64,000 nucleotides of DNA from Orbicella franksi. Taxonomy: Eukaryota. Shown here one piece after another: positions 23,901-36,000 of this stretch (position 1 is the first letter of the stretch; each line of letters begins with the position of its first letter). The notes beneath the pieces are model-generated. The model saw only the letters and a program-made list of their open reading frames with translations, searched no databases and was not told the origin of the DNA. The DNA lies in contig OZ116698.1 of NCBI GenBank assembly GCA_964199315.1, forward strand, positions 24,056,001 through 24,120,000, given 5' to 3'. A program made the translations under genes and the position numbers.

Positions 23901-26900
23901 TTTCAATAATTTGTACTAAAATTCCATGACAGTAATTTCCAAATTGAATAATTTGGAAATTACAGTTATGGTTTTAAGCTAACCAATTCCAAATATTCAA
24001 GTCATTTGACATTGGCATCTATTGTTCAAAAACTAAAGTAACAATTTCATTTGATTCAGAGTAACGCTCAGGATCTGTTTACCATCTGTTCGACGAATTT
24101 TTGCGGTAAGTAGTTTGTCTGACATTCTGCTTTTTGCTGTGGCTACATGTCCGGCAGCCGGACAGGTTTGTTAAAATACTCTGTGTCCAGCAGTGAGACT
24201 TTTTTTTTAAAAAAAAGTAAAACAACATAACAAGAACTTTATGACAGGCGGCCCCAAGAGTAATCGAACCCAGGTCACCGGCATGGCAAGCGAAACCTAT
24301 TACCACTGCGCCACGGCAACCGGGTTGGTACATTTCGGTGACCCCTAGTCCATGGACTACCCTGATGGACCTGGTCCATGGACTACTTGAATGGACTACC
24401 CATGGACTACCCTAAATGGACCACCCTGAAAATTTGTGGCAAACATGTGGCAAACATAAATTTAATGATGCTAGAACCCGAACAAAAGATGCGATCGATC
24501 AACAAACACAATTACAGAACACTTGCAATGCAACAGATTTAACGATCTTGAACAAGAGATGCAATCGATCAGAACAGCTGTGATTTAATCCTCAAACTTT
24601 TCCTACCTTAACATCTGGACGGTCCTGGACCTTTGCCACAAAATATTGGATTCGAGCAAAATTTCCTTTTGTTACCTACATGATAAGACATGACATTCAC
24701 ATAACCCCATACACCGCCATCTTGCAAAAGAGTGTAGCTAGCAGGCGCAGTAGTCGCTTACAGTCACTCACAATATGGAAAGCATGCTAGCTATGGTAAG
24801 TGGAAATTTTGCACATATAATCGCATTCGTGTCTGACTTACGAGCCAGTTCTTTACGCCATGACAAGGAACGAGAAAAACAACTCATTTCCTTTATTTTG
24901 GTTGTAATATTTTGTGACAAAGGTCCAGTTGGGTATTAAATCTGTTCATAGTTAAAGGAAGTGTTCTGTAATTGTATTTGTTGATCGATTGCATTTTTTG
25001 TTCGGGTTCTAGCTTTGTTAAATTTATGTTTACCACAAATTTCAGGATGGTCCATTTAGGGTAGTCCACGGGTAGTCCATTCAAGTAGTCCATGGACCAG
25101 GTCCATTGGGGTAGTCCGTGGACTAGGGGTCAGCGAAATGTACCAACCCACGGCAACCGGCCGGAAGCCTTCTGAATTCGGACACGGATTACTTTGAAAA
25201 ACCTGTCCGGCTGCTGGACATATGTGTAGGGACACAGCGTCTGCTTTTTGAAGGTGAATGTAAAATAAGTTAGTAAAGGATCAATGAGGTGCATGTAACT
25301 TAGATTGAACGCATTTTCATGGAGACAAAAGTGTTGAGCAGAGAACAGTGTAAAACAAGCTTGCATGTAATATGATGAAGATTGTGAATGTTATTTGTTT
25401 AATTTGAATGTGTTTTTAAAGGAGTATTTGCAATCAATTCGGTGATTCACGGTAAGTTTTTACGTGATTAATGGTATATGTTTGGTTTGAAGTTTCTTTT
25501 AATTTCAAGAACTTTGCTCAGAGGTCATCAGAAGTGAACTCATTGGTTCGATTTGAGCTGTCAACACATTGGTTGAAATTTACTTTCAAAGAGCACCTTT
25601 GCTGAATGAGGTTTTCCAATTATGTGATTCAATTGCAACAAATCCAAGTTACATTCTCCTTCAAAAAGCAGAATGTCAGACAAACTACTTACCGAAATAA
25701 TTCGTTGAATGGATGGCGAACAAATCCTGAGTGTTACCCTGAATCAAGTAAACAACACTCGAATTCATTCCAGAAAACAACTTGGGTCTTGTTGAACTTT
25801 AGCAATTGTACGATTCAATCACAACAAATCCAAGATGTATACGCCTCAAAAAGCAGAATGGTAGACAAGATAATCGCCCAATGAGGTCCCACACGCAGGA
25901 TTGTTAAAAATACAAAAAAATTAAGTGGTTAGTGTTTGTTCACTCACTGAGTTGAAAAATAAGCAATGTTGTTTCAATTACAGCAATAATTTGAAACATT
26001 AACTAAAAGAAATTTATTTTAACACCTGTTATACTAGAAGTATCCCAAATAAATATTACAAAATTTAATCGACTCCTGTTTACTAACTCAATTCACTCGT
26101 TGGCACTTACCGATAGGTACAACTAGTTATACCCTTTTAAAATATGTAACTATTATCTTTATTTCGTATTGCAGGTGAAGTTGTACTATTGTGTATATGC
26201 AAATAACCCAGATGAATGCTGCAGTAACAACTACAATATAATATACAAGTGACAGTAAGAAGTAAGCAGATGTTAATACTAACAACACCATTACTGATTC
26301 TATACGTGTCAAATACTCCTGCTTACAAAGAGAATAAGATACTTTCAACACTTGTGTCAGCTGCCACTGGAGCTTTTGAACTCATTCTTTGTGAAAGACA
26401 TCAGTAACAAGCAAATATTTAAAACTGCATGTGTAATTACAGAGTTGGTAACACTTTTGAACATCATGTGGGTTTCTTAAAGTCAAGAATGTCAACAAGT
26501 GAAATCCACCTGAACTCACTACATGTGTCTGACAAAACTCAGAAATCAACCTGTAACTTTACAGTGGAACACAGAAGTACAACTTCAACTTAAAATTAGT
26601 AGCTCCATATCATGTTCATATACATGAGCATGTACATGTAGAGTAACATCAGTCCTTTACATTGGGACTACAGTTAAATGAAACTATTAGAACCCATCTT
26701 AAGGGAACACAAAAATAGACTGTGTTAATCTGTCTCCATTAATTACATACAAATCTTGGAATGTTTATTTGAAGTATAAGCTATCCTAACTTTTCCAGCT
26801 TATACCTGTTTAATTTTCACGCAATTCTTAAAATGGTTGTTATCATGCTGTACTTCTACTACATGTGTGTCCTGCTGCTGTGAAGATTACGCTATTTATA

Positions 26901-29900
26901 ACTTAATACAAAATGTATAATCTGCATGTATAGGAGACTGTTGGTTACAATGTCTCCTCTTAGCTTCTATGTGCTTCATTATAGTAGTCAGTGTTTCAGT
27001 GGACTTATTAAGAAATTTAAGAAACTGTTCCTATTAAAAGCGGTGTTCATCTTGATTTTTTGTCTTTGTTCTATTTCAAGTATGTAATAAATGATTATTT
27101 ATTGTGAAATGGTTTTACCAAAGAACGAATTCAGCCACATAAAGGGTTTCAATAAACAACCATATTTGGACATCAGAACCTATGCATCACATTTGACCAA
27201 AAGATGTTTTTTTTTATTTTCCTGTTTTTCTCTTCCCTTTTTATTCAACTACCTTTTCTCCATTCATCTAATAGGACATTTCCAAGTTGCCATTTGCCTC
27301 TGTGTGAGAACAAGTCTCAGTGGGAAACAATTCATATGACTTCCGTCTACAGGTTCATTTTTATGCAAATCAAACTCAGTTTCACACGAAGATTCGTTTT
27401 GAAACTGAGGCACAAAGAAACGTTCATCCATGAGCTGGCTAACAGGAGCCTTTGATATTCTGTATTGCCCCTTTTCTCAGAGTAATGAGTGATGACTGAC
27501 CATGAAAAGAGAGGGGGGTTCAGATGGGATGAGCCACAACTGTCCAATTTGGCGAATCCGTCTCCCATGATGTTCTTTTGACAGGCAATGAGGTTTTTGT
27601 TATTGATTGCTCGTCGCGATGACAACCAGAAAAACGCGAGAAGGTCTGGTTACAAGTATGTGCCAGGGTTAGTCACGCAATCTTCCTAGAATTAGAAAAG
27701 CCAAGGTTAAAGACGGTGCATCCATGCAAATTACAGGTGTAAGACTGGTAGAGGCTTTGTTGCTGAGCATGTAAGAACATTCTCACACGTAGTTTTAGCT
27801 CAGAAGGCCAAAATGATAAGTAACAACAAAATGTAACTGGAATTGAAGATCTATTTGTTTTTTGGATACATTATTTCAATAGAAAAATGTTTAAAGACTT
27901 GGTTACTTTCAATGTGTAGGTATCATTTTGTTGAGCTGCTGTTCTCAGACGAGCAAAAAAAATGGCCCTACATGAATATATTTGTCTGTTCATGAGTATT
28001 GGCTATTTCATTTTCTCAAAATGGCTCGACAAAACGAGAAAAAGTTCTTCTGTTGCCAGTGCAAAATTGCTATTCAATCTTTCAAAAATGCCCAGTGGAA
28101 ATCCTCCATGCATAAAAAGGATGTAATTTTAGCTTGGAGTTGGCAAGTTAATCTGACTCCAAGATTCTTTTAACCTTTGGCGAATACCTGGGGGACGGGG
28201 GTACTCCCAGAAAAATTTGTGGGGGTGTGTGGCCCGCTTTCAAAACCCTTGCCCTATTTATGACCAAAATCTGTGATTTTCCCTACCCTATTTTTGACCT
28301 GACCAAAAATTCGAAACCCTATTTATGAGCTGACCCTTAACTCAAAACCCTGTTTCAGACCTGCCTTATAATCAGTTCCCTAGTTCAGACCAATGTTAAA
28401 TTGCCGTAAACATAATTTATGAATGGCTTTTGTTGATTTTCTTTTCGATAATGATGCAAAAGGAGCTTCTTCTTGAAAATATACCCATATCAAGACCTAA
28501 GTGCAAGACCCATACCCTAGTTATGACCAAAATGGCCAAAATCGATACCCTATTTATGACTGAAACGGCAGAAAAACCACACCCTTCAGGGCTGCGCTTA
28601 CCCATATAGCCCATATAAGAGAGTGTCCCCCTCTCCTGAGGGCAAATGATTGTTAACTATTGTCCAGATGTAAGCTTAATATGTTTTGGGGTTTTTTGAT
28701 GTACATTTATGTTATAGGACCTACTAAATATTGACTACATATTCTACTGATGGGGATACTCATCAGATATTTAAATAAAAAAGGCTCCTCCGGGGTGCTT
28801 GAAACTATTTTCTTGGATGTGCCTTTACAGTTCATTTCTTTTCCTCAGAGGTGTCATAATCCCAAAATTTTTTATTGATTCTCTTTCCCATCAGCAATAC
28901 GATGTGCATCAGTACATGCATGTTTGTGTTGATAGCCTAAGAATTGTTTATCAAATGAATCAAAATTCTTTACAATGATTGTGAATGTAATCCTCAAAAA
29001 TGTATTTAAGTAAATTGCCCACTTTTGATTTGATTGTGTAGGATAATGTAGGTTAATTAGCTGTAGTGAGTTATTGAGGCTGACAACTTGAGTGTTAGCA
29101 CAGGTTTGTCAAAACAACTGAAGGGCACATGCTAAAAAAGTCAGCTTCACTAACTTACTACAATTTTGTTATATAGGCTCTCTAACTTAATGACGAAAAT
29201 GAGTAAAATTCAGGATGGTTTCTTTTTCTAGATGTGGATGAGTGTAGCTCAAACCCAAGGCTATGTCAACATAACTGTCACAACACAGTTGGTAGTTATA
29301 CCTGCAGCTGTTATTCCTGTTACTATAAAATTGGAGCGAAGTGTGAATTAAGGCAATGCCGAATAAATGGAAACTGTTATCGATACAATACAATCAATCC
29401 ATGGAATCGTTGTCAGGTATGAAGGAGTCCTAGTTAGGCATTTTATTAGTAAATAATAAGGCATCATGAACTTAGTGACTGGGTGAGGGCTCATTGAAAA
29501 CTCGAAATGGTGAATTATGTCAATTAATGACATTATTGGTAAGTGTCAACGAGGAATAAGGGTTTCTGTAAGGGTTCAAATCCAGACAATATTATTGAGA
29601 GCTAAGCACTGTCATGTCAGTGATATTTAGGCTAACTTGAGCACTGTTTAAACTAACCGGAGCACTATTTTAAGCTAACTGTAGTGCCAGTAATTGAAGT
29701 CTAGAAACACTGCCTTTGAAATTTATTTAGAATTTATTTACTTTTGTTGAGGCTTGGAATTTCGTTTTTTCTGTATATTTTTGCCAAATGAAAACTATTG
29801 CTTGAAACAGGCTTTATCATGGAAACCAAACCACATTGGGTTTAATTAAAGTTGAAACTACTGATGAACGTCATCTCGTCAGAAATCATTTCCCTACTTT

Positions 29901-30225
29901 TTAACAACCAAAATTGATCAGTCTAGTCCAGCTGTAGTCAGAAATACATACTCCACAGACCACAGAAAGCACTCAGAGTGCTTAAAACTTCTCTCATAAC
30001 TCAAGTGTAAACAGAATTGGCAAAACATTTTTGCAATGGAAAAAAGATCAAGCTTATCTTTTATTGTCAATTATCACTTAATTTTATGTACTTACATTTT
30101 AACTAGTTTGTATTTACTTTTGTACTTAAGGTCACTCCAAAAACCGTATATTTTTTGAAGGTGAAGAATGATCATCGCAGTAAATTTTCCAATTTAAGCA
30201 ATTGGAAAGAAGCCTGAAAAAATCA

Positions 30226-30259
<34 letters not shown>

Positions 30260-30375
30260 GATACCGGTGCGATGCTCTACCATCTGATACCTCTACCGGT
30301 ATCGCGGAGGTCATGGGTTCGAATCCCGCTGAAGCCCTGATTTTTTCAGGCTTCTTTCCAATTGCTTAAATTGGA

Positions 30376-30406
<31 letters not shown>

Positions 30407-32969
30407 ATCTACAACCGCAGTTCATATATGAATTATTTCATATAAACTTCACGTATATTTTTCGTCAACCCTAATAAAAACCTTGTACTAAGTTTAGCTA
30501 CTCACCAAAGTTTCAGCCTCTAAAGTGCAGGTTTTCCTTATGAAATTCGTCTCCAAAGAAGCCCAAAATTTGTACATTGTTGCCGCCATTTTGAACAGTA
30601 CTCAGCAGCCAGGCCACTTTTTCGTGACATCCTTCCATCTGAGAGAATTTTTTTTTCCACATGGCTTCTGAAGAGCCTTTTAACTACCACTCTGGGTTAT
30701 GGCTGCTCTTGAGCCATATTATTTTGAGCTAAACATGTTCCAAACTCCGAAATGATAGCATTGAAGATAGTGAAGTGGATAATCACGTTGAAAAAAATAG
30801 ATTTTGCTGACCTTGTGAAGGATGCCAAGTCAGTTGCAAGGTTTTCTCCTTTCTGCCAATTTCGAGTCAGACGGAATGATGTCACATGAACACGGCCTGG
30901 CTGCCAAGACAGTTTCAAAATGGTGGCCTCCGAGGTCGCTTTTTTCAAGACGAATTTCTTCTGGATAGCAGGCACTTCAGAGGCTGAAACTTCGATGGGT
31001 GGAAAAGCTGAATGTTTACTTTGTATAAGCGGAGACAAAAGAAAGTAAGCTTTTTGGAGTGATCTTCTGCTTTAATTAAATAAATGTATATTTGTATTAT
31101 TTAAATAGTGGGCTACCTATGAGGTAGCTTTTTAGCTAAGCAGAGCTTGTTACTCTACATGTAAATAATGAATTACCTCACATTACCTTACATAACCATA
31201 CGTCACACCTATATATCACAACCAACTTCTTCCATATGAAAAGACATTCGTGTTATCAAATATCTCAGCCAGTGAAAAGACGAAACTGTTTATTACATTT
31301 GTTATCGCTAGTGTTTTGAGTTCTCATTCTTGTGTAGAGTTGCCATATCAGGAACCAATTTGTTTACCAGTACAATAGAACATAGGTTTGGCAACTTTCT
31401 TGACCAATCAGAGTGTGTGTAGTATGTATCTCAGTTACATAGGCCACTATAAAAACACTTTTAATTTTTATAATTAACAATTGTTTGCCGAAGGCTCAGA
31501 GAATATTGTCAACAATATTCACTGAGCCTGGGGCAAATAATTGTTTTAGTATAATTTCAGAGCTGAACAACAGAGAATAATAGACTAAAATATAAAAACA
31601 GATACACAATTGTTCATTTGCATATACATATGCAGCCGTAGTTTTAATAAGCTTACATGTACATCGATTGGGAATTAATTCACTCATTGACTTTGGCAGT
31701 AAAACAAACGAACAAAACACTACGGTACCTTTGGTACCTTTGTTTTATCGTTGTTGACTTCATTCGCAGTTGTCATCATTGTCTAAGAATGAGTAGTTTT
31801 AGTTTGAAGAAAATAAATTTTGGTCAATCCGTCTGACCTGCTGGCGATCAACATAACCGCTGTGTTTACAATTCTTAAATGCCTTGAATAGGAGTTCTTG
31901 AAAGGATTTTTGGTCCAAGGGTGACAGCAGTCATTTTGAAAATTCTTCATCCTTTCAAATATCCTGGACTTGGAGTGATGTCAGCCGAATAAATGAAAAA
32001 ATTCATTCAGCAACTGTCTACCATGTTTACTTGCCGAGATGGCAAAGGTGGCAAGCTTAATAACCAAGCTCAGAAACGTTATATTCACCACCTGGAGCGG
32101 TTAATATAACGTCATATAAGCAATTGCTCAACCAAACAGATTGCTGGAAACTCTTTGTTCAGCTCTGAAATTATACTAATATGTGTTTACAAAAAGAAAT
32201 GTTGAAAATGTTTCAACTTAAAGATTGCTTCATGTAAATAAAAAAGTAGTGCAAGTGAGCAATAATTATAATTTCTTGCACAAAAAAATTAGCTTGCGTC
32301 CATATGGCATAAACAATAACGTGTGTGAAGTCAGTATAACTCATAAGCAATCAAATCCAACAGGGTATTGAACACTGCCAGTGACACTTATGTCCCCCAA
32401 ACCTCTGCCCTGCCCTTCTTGACCACATCCTGAAAATTATCAATAATTATGTTGTAAGGTTTCTAATATTCTCCACTTGCTCGTACACAGAATTCATGAA
32501 AATTAACAATTTTGAGAAATTAGAAATTGATTTCAATATCTTTTGAATTGTCATATTAGAAATGCCACTACAATTACAAGAGGTCATGGACAAATGACAA
32601 TGCCCTACCATGCAGTGATGGTAAAGCCTGCACCAGAAATGACCACTGCTCTAATGGAAGATGCACTGGTACTCCATTCACCTGCCTATCATGTGAAGAG
32701 TGTTACAATGATGCATGTCTTGTTAAACCGGGATATTGTACAATCATTGTGGGAGGGGTGAAAACATGCTTTCGTCATGGGAACCTGAGGCCAGGATATC
32801 CATGCCAGGTAATGATGAAATCTTTCAAGCTTTTGCTATGAAGAAAAAGGGTACAGTGCACATACATGTGCATTGTATTGTTATAATATAGAGGGTATTA
32901 CATACCCGCACGTGGATGCAAATTTTATCTTTGAGTGTTCAGCTCAATATCTCACGAGTGAGTGCAGCA

Positions 32970-33010
<41 letters not shown>

Positions 33011-36000
33011 GTATCCACAAGTGGGCATGTAATATTCTATTTTTGACGATTTTCCGAAGATTTCTGACCACTTTCTAAAGATTTCCGAAGATTTTCCAAA
33101 ATTGTTCCGAAGGCCACACAAATGCTTCCGAACATTTTCCAAATATTTCTGAATATTTTCCAAAGATTGCTGAAGATTGCCAAAGATTGCTGAAGACAAC
33201 CGAAGAAGATCCGAAGATGTTTCGATCATACATCAACAAATTTAAGTGTAGTTAAAGGGACAAAAGAAAAATGTTATCAAAAAGGAATGATATCTTGACA
33301 GTGTGAAGGATAAAAATAGTATCTTCACTGCGTGCAATGAAGATATGATTTTTTAGTGAAAGGAAAAATCCTGGTCTTTCACTGGTGTTTATATAATAAA
33401 AAGCAATACAATTTACATGTAAGTCCTTCTAATTATTAGTAACTTATTGTTTATAATACATAGTATACTAGTAAATACATCAGGGAACTCTAATTATATT
33501 AAGACGTCTGAATTCTAAGGCTCCAGCTGGGGTCGTGGTATTGTGTTTCTGGGCATAATTTATTTGCTCTTGCAATGCTTTCCTCCAACCAGGATTATGA
33601 CTGGGTTAAGACAAATTTTTGGTACAGCTTGACAGTGGAGTGGGTATCCTGTCAATTATTATGGACAATTTTTAAAGACAATTTCTTAATGATTAGAAGT
33701 ACAGGTAAATATAAAGGAAAAAAATTCTCAACAATTTTAGGAAACAAACCTTAGACATCTTGACTGCCAAGTGATCAAGAGGTCAACACATAACGTTTTT
33801 GTACTTTAAAGCATTTATAAAGTGGATAGGTATGGAACTGCTAGATAATTTAAGCAGGCTCAAGTGAGTTCTGAATACTGAAGTCGTGTGGAAATTCAAT
33901 GTTGAATTGACTTCAGCAGAGTTTAGTAGAGTATGTGCCATAAGATTGCTGTTTTTGATCCTGCAAAGAGTTTAATTGTCACTGAACCTGTTGAGATGAC
34001 TCACCAAGTGATTTGTTTTAGTGGCAGTGTTTGTCATTCCTTAAGATCTGTTTAAATCTGAAATCTAGAATCTACGAGACGTATGTAGAGGCCTAACGCT
34101 AAATAACACTATGAGTGAAAAGCTCTAGCCAGCATTGTGCCAGAATGTAATTAGGTAATTGTGACTTGCCCAAGCCTAGTTAGTTATCTTCCCAGCACTA
34201 CAAGCTGACACAGCTGGCACATGCTGGATATGTAGGCATACAGCAAGCATAACTTACATGTAGCTTCACTAATGTGAGCACATACAACAAAGCTTGGGGA
34301 TCGAGTCACTGCGAGGCTCAACGGATCACAAAACATGAAAAGTGGAGCAAGAGTTTATTAAAAATAACAACTAAACTCTGAATGGAGGGAAAGTTGAAAT
34401 GAAAATTTTAAAACTCTAAAGAAGACCTCTATGAATGCAGTACAATTACGTGTAGCGAATGAGACCTGGTGTTGAACTAGAGCTTTTATAGCTTGACAGT
34501 CATCTTGGATAAATAATCATATTTTTGTATTCATATATTTTAAAACATTTAAAAATTACTCTTCCAGTGTACAGTATGGGATTTAGTTTACTGTTTCAAA
34601 TGTAAATAATTCTTACTTTCAGCAATGTGACAGCAATTACAAACATCAGTGGACTAACAACAACAACCTACAATGCAGTGACAACAACTTGAGGACCAAA
34701 AGTGATCGATGTTTGAATGGAGCATGTGTAGGAACACCCTATAACTGTCTTTCATGTGAAAGACATGATGGCAGTGGCTGTCCAATCCAATCTGGATACT
34801 GCATTATACAGCATGGTGGTCAAAGAACATGCTTTGCTAAATATCAGTATAAACCTGGAAATCCATGCCAGGTAATTGTTCTATTTGACAGTCACAGGCC
34901 GGAAATGTGCAGTATTGATATTTAATACCAAGCATTCCTTTATAAAAAAAAAATTAATAAAAATTGGGCTCTCTATGTAGTTATCTCTTTCATGTATGTA
35001 TATCATGTATACATACATGTATGACTGCATGTACATTTGTGTATGAAAACCTGGCTAAGGAAAAGTGTGTTCATTTGCACTAAGTGAGCCACATGTATTT
35101 GCTTGGATTTTATGATTACAATCTCTTCAATCACTACAAACGATCCTAAAAGGGAGAAGAGCACTAAAAGGAAGATGAGAGAGTGAAGTGAAAAAAAAAA
35201 AAAAAGATTGACATTGCTTTGTATTTATAGTTTGTCTACATTTTACTTTGGAGATGCACTACTTTCACCCCAGGTATAATAATTACACCAAGGTGAAATT
35301 TTGTTTAATACAGGCATCTAGACATATACAGATATAAACATCTGTATACACATTGCATTTTTTGTAAGATTATGTCTTGGCCTGACCAATCAAGGAAAAT
35401 TGACTTCAGAAATTGATTGATCAATCAATATCTATTTATAGCTGTTAGTTAATAAAAAAATATTGTTGAATTGATAGTTATAAGTTAATTAATAGTCACA
35501 AGAGAAATTTCCATAAGTATTTAGATTGCTATCGATTGCCATCAATTTCTGTTGATCTTGACATGATGAAAATGCGAGAGGAAAAATGGCTGTTTGCTAC
35601 TGAATGCCATTTATATTTTGCATTGATCAATATTATTATGCAAAGCATATTACATGTACATGTAGGTGTATATACGTGTAATAACTTAAAAACTGACCCA
35701 GCGGACAGATAGCTTCTCCCTTGACCTGTGTTAGTAAGTTTGCAATGTTTGAAAGGAAAAATGTATCATCAGTCGTTGGTCAAAGGTTGCAATGCCCACA
35801 ACTTTACTGTTGAGGTCGATATAATAATAAGATGCTTTTGATGACTATTGTAAACATTGCATCGATTATTAAGTAGCTTAACCAGACAAAAGTACATCAC
35901 TGTGAGCAAATTATGGTTTTCCAGTGGTCAAAATGTTTCTTTTTTTTACTGTAGTGGTGTGATCCAGGAAACAGCATCAGTACATGGTCAAATCGTGACG

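Larger units (their letters stand above)
21005..24045 (+). pseudogene. Helentron/Helitron RepHel C-terminus: end of PIF1 helicase plus APE-type endonuclease, split by an insertion at 21226-23747
   Basis: [24 protein letters not shown]...[22 protein letters not shown] joins across the insertion to [33 protein letters not shown]...TAVYIK...LEITV. This matches the EEP-fold N-terminal F-x-N-x-RSL and x-E-T/S motifs found fused to RepHel in Helentrons. Confidence 0.65.

Noticed and set aside
24248-24321. Functional tRNA-Gly gene
   Set aside because: Acceptor and T stems do not pair; kept only as a tRNA-like pseudogene.
30157-30451. tRNA genes or a miRNA precursor
   Set aside because: B boxes lack a full cloverleaf, and the TSD and tail indicate a SINE.
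32939-33229. 96-aa ORF with apparent helical repeats
   Set aside because: Translation of a low-complexity minisatellite inside an interspersed repeat.
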